From Chlorokybus atmophyticus (lineage: Eukaryota; Plantae; Mesostigma and Chlorokybus algae), in NCBI GenBank assembly GCA_009103225.1, contig RHPI01002069.1, positions 200,702-264,701 of the forward strand: a DNA stretch of 64,000 bases, given 5' to 3'. A model generated the notes under the pieces. The model was not told the origin of the DNA and ran no database searches. It was given only the letters and a program-made list of their open reading frames with translations. The first letter of the stretch is position 1; each line of letters begins with the position of its first letter. Made by a program: the position numbers and the translations under genes. Below are positions 37,560-49,296 of the stretch, piece after piece.

Positions 37560-39197
37560 TTGTACTCTACTGTCTAGTGCTTTGCACATCATTACTTCTG
37601 GTTCATTGCACAGTTTAGGCACAGATGCAAGTTGGGATGCGGGCGTCTTTGTGACTGCATGCTGCTGGTGTTCCTGGCGCCTCAAGGCATTGCAGCAACC
37701 CTGTTTGGCGTGCGTTGACCACAAGCCAAACCCTGGCGTTCGTGCCCTGCCGCAAAGGTGACCAATCCTGAAACTGCAGGCAGTGCAGTTGCCAGAGCTA
37801 GTACTGTTACAAATAAGCACTGGGCATGAGGGCGGAATGCTGCTTCCGCGAACTGCAAGTTGATGAACAGCACATTCTAGTGTACCATATCTTGTATATC
37901 GTAGCATACAATCTCTTCCACAGTGATGCTTGGCAGTCTATGCATGTATAGGCCAGGACAACAGAACTGACTCACAGCATGTCCAATTACCAACATCACG
38001 GCATTTCAAGCAGCAACGCAAGCAGTTGCGTGAAATGAAGCGGGGCGGCGCTTGGTGGTCGTGCTAGGCGATGCGAGCAAGTGGCGAGTTAGTGTTAGGC
38101 AGTAGCAAAGCAGGTAATTCCAGTATACCTAGATTCATCTTGGAGATTTCCTGTATGCAATGCGGTGTGCAATGTCCCACACATGGCTGCTGCCATTGCC
38201 TAACGCTCACTTGACTGTGTGTTTGCCGCTGCTAGTACGACTGCTGAGTGTATATATGCGATGCATGCAGTTGTGACATGCATGAGAGTGCGAGACATGC
38301 AACGCAAGCAATACACCACACCAAGTACTTACATTCACCACCTGGGCTGTCTGTGCGTGTGTGCTCTGCATTAGCACAAAGTCAACGCATTGTTTTTGCC
38401 TATGCATACAACATTCATAGCACATGCAAGCAGTACAATTGGTACACAGCATGCAGGCAACAGCAAACATTAGCACGTTCACCACCAGGCTCACCTATTC
38501 TACCTATGCTACTACCAACATTACCACCTGTGCTGGCCCCTCAGCAACACATGCGGCACTTGCCAGGCAGCATTCAAGGCACAGCGTCTCACATGCCACG
38601 AAGTGCCACACGTGAGACGTAGCCAACAGGGGCTGTATGTATAAGACCATATTATGGTGCGCTGCATGCCAGATTCAACCAACTGCCAGCCCGCATGTCG
38701 CTAAGCAAGGTACAGCAGGCGTTTATGAACCAGTGGTGCAAGTTTGTGGAAGTTGAGAGTCTGAGAAGGGGAGCAAGCTTCAGTGGAATGCATCTGCACA
38801 TAGTTGCAGCATTGCCTACTATTGTGCTTTGTTCATTGTGAAATGTCTAAATGATGATGCACGGAATACAACAAGCCTATCCTGCCAACCAAGCGCGAGA
38901 GTACACTCATTCATGCACATGACTGGATTGGTAGGTGCTCCAGACAGCCAGATTTTGCGACACAACCTTTCGGGTCCAATAAAAGGTAAGGCAAGGGCAG
39001 TATTACATATGTATGTAATATAAAGAATATGTCCGCTAGGAAGGCAACTTCGACGACATGGGAGTAAGAAGAGAAAGAGCTAATGAGAATATCTGCCCCT
39101 GGCACAGCCAACAACACTGCAACGTATCTACAAGACTCTCCAGCCAGCAATGCTCTCAACGCTCCGCGGACGAGTACACGACACGCTGCGACACATT

Positions 39198-40843
39198 TTA
39201 CAAGCGCTGCAATGAAGGCGCGCCAACTCGTGTGTTTCCTCCAGCAACAAACTGAGCTCCATCTGCCCTGGCCGGCATGAAGTACACGCCTTGCTGCCCT
39301 TGGAAAAACACATGCCATGGGTATGGCGCTGGCGCCATCGCGTTCATAACAGGGGAGGGAGAGATGCCCAATGCAGGCATGGATGGGAAACCTGCATAAG
39401 CTCCGTAGAGAGGTGCAAAGGTTGTGTTTTGCGTTTGTAGAGCTGCAGGCTGCTGCCAACCAAGAGGTACCGCTGCTCTTCTGTTGTACTGACTTTCTGG
39501 AAAACTCTGCTTTCCTTCCGCCCTCGGCTTGGCATCAGTTCTGTTCTTGTGTGGTAATTGTTGCTGCCTGTCACAAAGCTTCACTCTGCGTTCTGACGGC
39601 ACTTCATCAACGGGGGAGCGAGGTCGCTTCAGGGTTGCTGACTGTCTAGGCGGACTATGCCTAGTATCCCGCACAGGACTTGAATCACCCGTATCTCTAA
39701 CATGTGCAGAGACTATATTAGACTTTGGGGTGGAGGACTTCGGTGTAGAAGCTACGTCGTCTGTCCTTGTGGCAACACCCTCGCCCTCAGTTGCACCTTC
39801 GGCTGCTTGTACATTTGCAACTGGCCGCGCTGGAAAGCTAAAATCTCCGCAACTGTCAGATGCCTCTGCTGGACAGATCTGAAAGCACAAGCAGCAATGT
39901 CAGCAAACTGCTGCACGAAATCAAAGAGTAACTGCAAAAAAAACGAAGTCTTGTATGCAGCAAACATATACATTCCGTACCTGATCTCGCCAGTGCATCT
40001 TTTGTGTTGGCAACTGTTTGCTGTCGCCACCATGTGCTGTCGACAGCTCGTCCATGACCATGGGTGGCATTTGCAACGAGCCACCAAGGCCAGAACAGTC
40101 TAGCGAAGCCATGAGCTGGTTCGCAATAGAGCCACCAGCCCCCATTGCATCAAATGACCTTGACAGCGAACAACTTGACTCCGTGCTCCCGTTTGTCACA
40201 ACAGACACCTTTACAGAGCTGACAGCGCCACCCCTTGTGACCACAGCAGCACCACCGCAGCTGGATCGTAGTCCGCTAGTACTGACGCCAGCTGTGCAAG
40301 GTGAAGACTTTGCTGGCCAAGCCAGCCGAGCGGGCCTCTGTGCAGACATGAACATCTGCTGCGGGTGCTGCTGGTGTGGCTGCTGTACACTACTCGTGGC
40401 AAGGGCCCCGGTTGTGTACTCGGGAACAACCTGGACAAGAGACCACGTCAGGATGTGTACTGGACATACGCGCACCATGACAAACGGGACAACTGGGCAA
40501 GGGGGTATGGACCCACCTGTGTGGTGTGACCGGAGGCGCTGCAGTGGTTGAAGGACGAGTGAGGCACCTGGCCTGTGAGGGAGGGGTTACAGCTAAAGGA
40601 TAGGCGTGGAGTCTGCTGGTCGTACTTCGGCATGGCAGCCTTGCCCGGCACGCCCAGCGGAGGCCGTGCCCCAAGGCCTGGAAGGGGTGAAACAGGGCTA
40701 TACTTGATGGCGGCGCCGCCTCCCTGCAGCTCATTGAGCACTCCCATGCCCATACCCGTCCCCATGCCCATGCCCATGCCCACTCCCACAGAGGAGCGGG
40801 CAAAAAAGTGGGACATAAACCCGCCTCCTCCATCGCGCGTCAT
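39198..40843 (-). CDS. Hypothetical ~485-aa low-complexity (Ser/Pro/Gly/Gln-rich) protein
   Basis: Three exons, 40843-40517, 40430-39981 and 39878-39198, all phase 0 with GT-AG borders. No domain recognised; the start codon is uncertain. Confidence 0.6.
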
Positions 40844-43800
40844 GGCTGCTGCTAAAGCTTGCCCGCACCACCACGTTCTCACAGCAAGGCTTCCCGCAAA
40901 GAAGCCAAGCTTTCACGACCCAATGAGGCAAGCTACCACAGTCCAACGCTTCTCCAGCTGCAGGCGGCGACGTTGGCAGCTCCTCCTCTCCTCCCCGTCA
41001 AGACGAACACGCCCCGCATATTGCCCCCCTCGCCTTCACCCCCACTTCCACTGCAGCAGCAGGATCGCCCCGCTTAAGACACCGCAGCAATGGCTCTCCA
41101 AAGCCGCCGCCTTGCTGTCCGCCTGCGCCTCCACGTCCGAGACTGCCAGTAACCCTGCCGCCTCTGCCAGCCCGCAGCGCCCCCCACCAGCCGTCCCGCT
41201 CAGCCCGCCCCGCCTGCCTGTTGCCGCCTGCTGCCTCTGCCGCTACTGCCGCTGCCGCTGGGCCAGAAAGACAGAGTGTGATTGAAGCTGCTGCTGCCAG
41301 CACTGCCGCCGTTGTAGTACGCTATTGTTGCTTCGCAAAGCCAAAGTGGCAGCTTTTTTGCTAGGATGGGGCAGAAAACGCGCAAAAGGCTCCGTCGCGC
41401 CGTTACACTTTCGGCTGAAACCCCTCCCATTTCCGCCTCAGCTCAGCGTACGGCTCTACTTTTTCCAACCCCCACCGGCTCTTTTTGGCTGCTTTTTTGG
41501 CTCAACGAGCGCGCTTGCACCCCAGCCTCCCCTTATTGATGATGGCGTCAGTCTATGCGTCGCATTGCTTTCCTGCCCCAACCATAACTGCCGAACGTAA
41601 GATGCTTTACAACGCTGTTTTGACTGCGGCTGAACTGGGGGTTGTCTTGTCAGAAAGCCGCCCCGTTGGTGCCGAGCTGGGCTGGGGCGTACCTTTTGGG
41701 CCCTCGCCCATGACGACCGTACTGCTCAATAATGGGGGGAGTTGTCAGCAGCTCATCCACCGCCAAAGGAGCGGTCGCCGAGCAAAGACGCCTTCCACCG
41801 CGAGAATAATCAATCATTGATTTGTGTGCGCCGGGATAATTACGAACGGCGTTGTAAGAATCCCGTAAAGATCATTCATCCCGTTGCGTTGTCACAAGCA
41901 AGGGGACTCGATGATAAAGCTGCTGACAACATGTCGGCTTTTTTCAGTCGGGCAGGGTTAGGGTGATGACGAGCTCATGTGCCTAACCAGTCGCCAGTCA
42001 ACTTCCACCGAGAGTGTGAGAGTCCAAAAAGGAAATGTGACTCACATCCCATCGCTAAAGCGCAAGCATGCCATACCTTGTGACGTTGAGAGAACCAGAA
42101 ATGTCACATGATTTATGTACAGTAATAAGACACTACCCCGGTAAGCCCTGATAATAGAGTAAAGTTTTGTTGTAAAGGAACATTATACAGTCCGATACAT
42201 GCATTATCATCACATACGTCAATCTTATTGTCAACTTTAGCATTGATTTAACGACGTTCAATGTATCATGCAATAGCTTGGTAGTTTGTTAAGTTCTTTC
42301 ACTATTCATGCTATAGACGACAGCATGTGTTATATTGTTATGTCATAACGATTTTGCGCTAAGTATTGTGACATATATTTTTAATATACAACCTGACTTC
42401 GGTGCATCGCTTACACCGCTGGCAGTTATGGTGTATTATTTGATGAGACACTGTTTGCATTCATGCATGGCCTGATACTCGTCCATCATCAATGTTACAC
42501 ATGGTTTCATTGCATGCACTGTATCAGTACAGCTACACATACATTATGACTCATACTCAATTATAATAAGTTGTAATGTATGTGACACGGTGTGCATGTA
42601 CACAATGTGATAGCATTTGCAAGGGTGCGTAACCTAATATTAATTCACAATTGATGTTACGCACATGCTTTCATTGAATGCATTGTACTTTTGCAATGAC
42701 ACATACATCACAACTTATACTCGGTTGTAAAAATTAATTATATTGTATTGAATGTAACACGGTATGCATGTATGCGTACCCCATGCCCATGATATGTGCT
42801 GTACTACATGATCTTACTACGGTGCATTACACCGTCAAACGCAATGTCGTTCGAGTCAGTAAGACATACCTCTATTCAAATACGGGGGGGACAGGAGAAG
42901 ATTTGCACTTGAAAACAGCCCTGATACAGCACCCCACGGTTTTTCGGATTCGGGCATTGTTTCCGGGGGTTGTATTCGATGCAATGCTGCTCGCGAGGGG
43001 GCCCCTTTCGCAAGAGTGCAGGACTGTAACGCGCCGAGCGGTGGCCATGGCGTACACACTGCGTCTGTTACAGGCAGGCTGTATGCGCAACACCGTGGCA
43101 CTACCGTCACAAGTCAGACTCAGCGCCTAGAACACATAAACACATGAACAATACGCGCGCCACATGCGGTTTGGCGCGTGATGCGCTAGGTGTAAATGCC
43201 TGTGGTTGCATAGCAACGCTGCGCGCCAGTTTAATTCCTAACAAAGTCGGACGCAGCTCGCTACCGTACCAGTGGTTCCCACGCTTGGACCTCGCTGCTC
43301 GATTGGCCTGGGCGTCGTTAGCAACTCGTTTACGCATTGTGACTCGGAGCATCGAGTCGGCAACGCTGCGTTATTAACAATAACTTATTGTTACCAAAGC
43401 CGTAACGTATGCACGAAGCGCCCTTGAGTAAGAAAACAACGCTGTCAAATTGACAACGTTACAGTCAGCTTGAGAAAGGTCTGATGGCTGCACGGACGAC
43501 CAGCACAATGATAAGCGTTGTAACTCAACACTTGCTGTACCAACTGAAAACTTATGAGTCGGTACAGCAATTGTTGTACACTGCAGCAGAACTACCGGTA
43601 CACGTGTATGGGTATTTGTGCCATGCATAGCATACATGGTAGGGAACCGTAGACCCTACTAAACCCCAATCAGTGTAATGTGCCGCACCATCAGTGGCGA
43701 AACGGCGCCGATCATGCGATGGGTCCCAGGCTGCGGGCACGCCAACTCAGCGCGCCATCGACGATGTGTTGTCGAAACGCGTACAATCATATCACGGCGC

Positions 43801-44469
43801 GCATACAATGTACATGGCACGAAAGATTGTGCAAGATTTTGTGCGATACTATGCTGTGCATGTGCGGTCTGCATGAATGAGTGCTTGAGTAACCTAAGAG
43901 CAGAGTACTCACAAGAACAGAGAAGGACTCCCTACCTGGGAACTGATGCTTGTCCGTGCCCAGATGCGTTGGAGGCTACGACTCGTAGCCTACGCTGCAC
44001 CGCAAGCTGAACCCCAACTTGCTGACAGCGGCTTTGTCAGCAAGCTCGGTCTCGGCGACCCAGACAACGTCACTTCAGGATGCTGTATATTGCGTATTGA
44101 CGGTCAACGACAGCGCGTATTCTGAATACACGCTGTCGTTGACCGTCAAACTTGATGGCCGATGGACGGTAAACGGTGAACTTACACTGTTAAGAGCAAG
44201 GCTTGCAAGATGTTACAAATACCAAGGTAGTCAACAAGCAACAATATGGTAGCAATGTCAGAATGAAGCTACCCCATGGTGTGCTGTCATTCATAATACT
44301 ACTATGGCATATGGTATTTATAAGACTGAATCAACACTTTTTGTATCAACATGGATGCTGTTATTATTAATTGTATTTATATAGCACACGATGACAACAT
44401 TATGATTATTGCAGTCTGCTTTTATAATAATGAGTGCATTAAAATGAGATCCCTTCCGCTATCACATGT

Positions 44470-44891
44470 TTAAACATACATTAAAGAATACATATATACA
44501 CATATATACATACATTTGTATACATGTATAAATTCACATATATATTGTGAATATATATACATGTATACATATGTATGTATATATATACATGTATACATAA
44601 TGTCATATATACACATATGTATATATATACATATATATATTTATATACATACCCATATATATGCGTATATATGTATACATATGTACATTCAGTTTCATAC
44701 ATATATGTATGCATGTATATAATCATAAATATACATACATACATATCTATATATATACAAATATTTATAAGTATACATGTATATACACATATACACATAT
44801 ATACATATATACACGTATATATATGAATACGTGTATACATATATATACATATATATGCACGCACACATATGTATATGTATGTATATATATG
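44470..44891. repeat. Degenerate (TA/CA)n microsatellite, continuing at 52033-52080 beyond the LTR insertion
   Basis: Direct reading. Confidence 0.95.
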
Positions 44892-45417
44892 TGTAACAGC
44901 ACCACCGTCGCCGGTGATGCCCCTTCAATCCTCTACCCCAATACCCACACCGCCTATGACAAGCCTTTCAGCGGCGTGGCCGCCACTGAGCAGAGAACTG
45001 AAAGTCCCCACATCAGATTGATGTGACCTTTTATATCAAGAGTATATCAACTATATAACTCTCGATAATTAACTCACAACTAGATATCGACCCTACAGAT
45101 AGGGTAGTTAGGAAATCTAGCGTGAGCCAATCACAGCTCAGATAAGGTACCTATCGATAAGGTACCTATCCAAAGATACCTATCGTAAGGTACCTAACGA
45201 GATAGTGATCACATTATATCGAATGTGACACTAAATAGGCTTGAATAAGCGGTTCTACACCCATTGGGACTTATTTAAGCTATGATAAAGCATCATAGCC
45301 TTTAATAAGCGAGGAACCGTAGAAAAGAGGTATAAATAAGCATATTTAAATACTTATTCATACAAAATGTGTTTTTCAGGTAGCAATAATACCCCTATTA
45401 TTATTGCTCCCGTTACA
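44892..45417 (-). repeat. 3' LTR of element 2
   Basis: TGTAACGGGAGC...GCTGTTACA on the minus strand, preceded by a PPT; same family as the element 1 LTRs. Confidence 0.92.
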
Positions 45418-45564
45418 TTCCCCCCCACTTAGGTTTTCAACGTCCTCGTTGAACTCAAGTTGATCAGGCTTGATTTCGAGTAATTGTAACCAGTGAGATA
45501 GCAGGAAATGACAGGGTGGTAATGAAACTGCACTGCCAGTCTGTCATAAAACCAAGCCCACAGT

Positions 45565-48500
45565 TTATGGGACAGGACATGAATCCCAATAAGCTCGAAG
45601 CAACTCGCGGCAGTGCGTAAGATGCCTGTCGGGCTCCCAACTGTTATGTTCCGGGCCATACCCTTTCCATTTCACCAAATAGCGAGTTGCGCGTCCTCGA
45701 CCATTTAGCTTATGGTTCAATATAGCTTCCACCTCGTATTCGAGCTCGCTGTCCACCTCAACTGGCGGTGGTGGAGGCTGTGTTCTACCGTCTGAGCGGT
45801 AAGGTTTCAACAAGTTTACATGAAACACGTTGTGTATACGCACACTTGGGGGCAATTGCAGTCGATAAGCGTGCGTACCAACTCTATCAGTGATAGAGAA
45901 AGGACCTAACCATCGGGGCAGCAACTTGCGAGCACCCGTACCTTTGATGGTTATGTTTTTTGCATTAAGCAAAACTTTATCGCCGACATCGAAAGTGGCC
46001 ATTTTTCGATGTGTATCAGCATAAGCTTTTTGCCTGTCCTGTGCTTCTGACAGACACAGCTTGGCTCGAGCCAAATTTTCTTGCATATTAGTGGCAAATT
46101 CCTTTGCCGCTGGCACAGTCAGGGCAATGCGAGGTACACGCAATGACGCTGGTGTGTTTGGGCGAATCCCATAATTCAAGAAAAATGGGGTTTCCTTTAC
46201 ACTTTCTTGCCACGCGTTGTTCACAGCGAACTCTGCCATTGGCAAGTACCTGTCCCAATCAGCATGATTAGGAGCCACATAGTGGCGAAGCATTTCTTCC
46301 AGTATTTGATTTGCTCGCTCAGTTTGACCGTCCGTTTGCGGGTGGAAAGCAGTCGACATGCTTTGTTTTACCCCCAACAATTCACAGACTTCTCGCCAAA
46401 ATTTGGAGACAAAACGAGGATCACGATCTGTGACAAGTTCACGCGGTATACCGTGAACGCGAAAGACCGTGGACACAAATAAGTGTGCCAAGTCCCGTGC
46501 ACTTACAGTTGTGCAACACGGGGCAAAATGCACCATTTTAGTCAAACGGTCGACAAAAACCACAATAGCAGTGTATTTAGCTGCTGTTTCAGGTAGGTCA
46601 GTAATCAAATCCATACTGACACTATCCCACTTTTGTTCTGGAATTGCCAATGGTTTAAGCAATCCCGCTTGTTTTTGTCGTAGTGGCTTATTACGTTGAC
46701 ACACGTCACATGTGCGAACATATTGATCCACGTCAGCTGACATTGACGGCCACCAGTATAACTGTTGCGCAGATTTGAGTGTTTTGTGTTTCCCCAAATG
46801 CCCAGCATACGGCGGGTCATGCACTGAATGTAAGCATTGCTTACGTAAGTCGCCCGAGTTGGGAATTGCCAACTGCTCCCCTTTATACCACAGATTGCTA
46901 ACAGCAGTAAGCTGTTGCAAGTTGGTTTGACTGCTAAACCAAACATCTGAGTTATAACCTGCGGACACTTCCTTTAAGAAAGGATCTTCAGGCTGTTGTA
47001 CATTACGCGTACTTCGAGAGCGCGTAAGTGCCAAAAGAGCAGGGCTGCGACTTAGTGGATCCGCCACATTGGTGCGACCCGGACGGTATTGCCAAGTGAA
47101 AGTGAAACGAGAAATGAATTCATTCCACCTAGCTTGCCGCCTCGACAGATTTTGTTGCGTATGAAAGAATGTGAGCGGGTTGTGATCAGTAATCACTGAA
47201 AACTCCACCCCTTCCAAGTAGCAACGCCATGTGCGCAGCGCGTGCACCACCCCGAGCAATTCCTGCTCAGTGGTTGTGTAATTACGTTCAGCAGGAATGA
47301 ACTTTCTGCTTTCATATGCACATGGTCTGTCATCTTGTAGAAGGACTGCCCCACACCCAATGGTGGAAGCATCACTGATCACCACAAAAGGCTTGGTGTG
47401 GTCGGGGAAGGCTAACACAGGGGCTTGTGTTAATGCATCTTTAATGCGTGTAAAAGCAACCTCGTGTGCCTCCGTCCACACAAATTTAACATCTTTTCTT
47501 AGTAAAGATGTTAAAGGGTTTGCCATGCCAGAATATGCTCGCATGAACTTGCGGAAATAATTGGCTAGCCCCAAGAAAGCACGTAACTGATGTACATCCT
47601 TGGGTGGTGGCCAATCCTTTACCGCACACACCTTCTGAGGATCTGGTTTCAATCCTTCTTTGCCAATCACATGCCCTAAAAAGGGTAGTTCATCCTTTGC
47701 AAAGTTGCATTTGGACAGGTTGGCATAGAATTTGTGTTCACGTAATCTAGCTAGAACCAATTCCACATGTTTGTGGTGGTCCTCCCGGGTTTTGCTGAAC
47801 ACAATAATGTCGTCTAGATATACCAGTACAAACTTGTACAATTCATCAGCAAATACCGCGTTCATTGCTGTCTGAAATGTAGCCGGTGCATTTGTTAACC
47901 CAAATGGTAACACTTTATACTCAAAGTGTCCTAGTGGGGTGCGAAATGCAGTTTTTTGTATATCCGACGGGTGGATTTTGATTTGATGATAACCACTGGT
48001 CAAATCCAGCGTGCTGAACACTGTTGCACCTGACAGCTTATCAAACAAATCATCAATCCGAGGCAAAGGGTATCTGTTTTTCACAGTGACCTTGTTCAAC
48101 GCACGGTAATCAATACACATGCGTAGCTTGCCATTCTTTTTGGGCACAAACAAAATTGGTGCACCAAAAGGAGATATGCTCTTTGTTATTAAACCTTTGT
48201 CCAATAACTCTTTGAGCTGTTTTTCCATCTCCGCGTGTTCTAAGGGACTTAGCCTGTATATAGGCCGCCAAGGTGGCTTTGCCCCCTCCTCTAACGGAAT
48301 GGTATGATGTATGTTTCGATCGGGAGGCAACTCTGGGAGTTCATCCTGAAATACATCTGCGTATTGTTCCGTAAGTGACTGCACCACAGGGTCACTGATA
48401 GCCTGTTCAGCAGGTGTTTCCACCTGTCGTAAGTGCAGTAAGTATACTTCCTCACGTTTACGCATGCAACGTTTCAATTGCATAGCAGAGAGGAGCGGAA

Positions 48501-49296
48501 CATTATCGCGTGGTATACGTGCGAGTACAGATGCTGTTAAAGTCATCCTACGTTTCCCTTTACGAAGGGTGCACGTATTGGCTCGAGAGTCTAATTGTAA
48601 ACCTGCTTCAGTGTGCCATTGTTCCCCTAAAACAACATCCACCCCGGGGATACCAATATCCACCACGATGAAGGCTGGTCGGGTTATATGGCCATTAATA
48701 ACAAAACGCCCTTTTACCTCTCCCATTGCATTGAGAGTGGAACCAGCAGCACGTACATATGACGTGACTGGTGTGAAAGGAATGTTATTACGTTTCACCC
48801 AAGCATGTTCAACAAAGTTATGGTTTGCACCAGTATCAATCAATGCTGTACATGGTGTACCCATAAGTTGACTCTCAAATCTCCATTTGAGTGGCACTGA
48901 GTGACCATCAAATGTAGCTAATATCGGAGTGCCGTGATTGGTAGCAGACTTGATAAAGATCACTTGCAATGGTGAAGCTCCTGTATCTTTGCGTGAGAGT
49001 TGCATGATTACTTCTCCCCCTTTCAACAATCGCGACCACGGGCCATGATATCGAGGGATAACTACACATGCAGTGATAGCATGTTGTAATTGCAACTCGT
49101 GTAAGTGCTTAACAGCAGTTACTAATTCAGAGAATGGAACATTGATTAAAACACAACCGTTTGCATTTCTCAACACAGGTGGTGTGCTCATATCAGTCCA
49201 TACATCTGATACATCGCAAAGAGAGGAAACTTTATCAAGAAGTACAGAGTTTTTAAAGTCGTTCTGCTCGACTAAGCTACCAACCACGGACAATTC
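45565..49296 (-). CDS. pol: pol polyprotein of element 2 (MTase-like segment, aspartic protease, RT, RNase H, integrase, chromodomain), uninterrupted
   Basis: 1242-aa ORF with DTGA, YLDD, DAS...E...D RNase H, HHCC zinc finger, D-D-E integrase, GPF and the chromodomain YEVEAILNH...YLVKWKGYG. Confidence 0.97.
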   Translation of the reverse strand, partial: ELSVVGSLVEQNDFKNSVLLDKVSSLCDVSDVWTDMSTPPVLRNANGCVLINVPFSELVTAVKHLHELQLQHAITACVVIPRYHGPWSRLLKGGEVIMQLSRKDTGASPLQVIFIKSATNHGTPILATFDGHSVPLKWRFESQLMGTPCTALIDTGANHNFVEHAWVKRNNIPFTPVTSYVRAAGSTLNAMGEVKGRFVINGHITRPAFIVVDIGIPGVDVVLGEQWHTEAGLQLDSRANTCTLRKGKRRMTLTASVLARIPRDNVPLLSAMQLKRCMRKREEVYLLHLRQVETPAEQAISDPVVQSLTEQYADVFQDELPELPPDRNIHHTIPLEEGAKPPWRPIYRLSPLEHAEMEKQLKELLDKGLITKSISPFGAPILFVPKKNGKLRMCIDYRALNKVTVKNRYPLPRIDDLFDKLSGATVFSTLDLTSGYHQIKIHPSDIQKTAFRTPLGHFEYKVLPFGLTNAPATFQTAMNAVFADELYKFVLVYLDDIIVFSKTREDHHKHVELVLARLREHKFYANLSKCNFAKDELPFLGHVIGKEGLKPDPQKVCAVKDWPPPKDVHQLRAFLGLANYFRKFMRAYSGMANPLTSLLRKDVKFVWTEAHEVAFTRIKDALTQAPVLAFPDHTKPFVVISDASTIGCGAVLLQDDRPCAYESRKFIPAERNYTTTEQELLGVVHALRTWRCYLEGVEFSVITDHNPLTFFHTQQNLSRRQARWNEFISRFTFTWQYRPGRTNVADPLSRSPALLALTRSRSTRNVQQPEDPFLKEVSAGYNSDVWFSSQTNLQQLTAVSNLWYKGEQLAIPNSGDLRKQCLHSVHDPPYAGHLGKHKTLKSAQQLYWWPSMSADVDQYVRTCDVCQRNKPLRQKQAGLLKPLAIPEQKWDSVSMDLITDLPETAAKYTAIVVFVDRLTKMVHFAPCCTTVSARDLAHLFVSTVFRVHGIPRELVTDRDPRFVSKFWREVCELLGVKQSMSTAFHPQTDGQTERANQILEEMLRHYVAPNHADWDRYLPMAEFAVNNAWQESVKETPFFLNYGIRPNTPASLRVPRIALTVPAAKEFATNMQENLARAKLCLSEAQDRQKAYADTHRKMATFDVGDKVLLNAKNITIKGTGARKLLPRWLGPFSITDRVGTHAYRLQLPPSVRIHNVFHVNLLKPYRSDGRTQPPPPPVEVDSELEYEVEAILNHKLNGRGRATRYLVKWKGYGPEHNSWEPDRHLTHCRELLRAYWDSCPVP

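Noticed and set aside
39981-40010. WRKY domain in the unknown gene
   Set aside because: KMHWRDQ is not WRKYGQK, and no zinc-finger ligands follow.
41600-44460. Gene or transposon in the 41.6-44.5 kb interval
   Set aside because: Only short ORFs without recognisable motifs; no TIR, LTR or TSD pair could be established by eye.
44481-45026. Tyr/Ile/His-rich ORFs
   Set aside because: These are translations of the TA/CA microsatellite.
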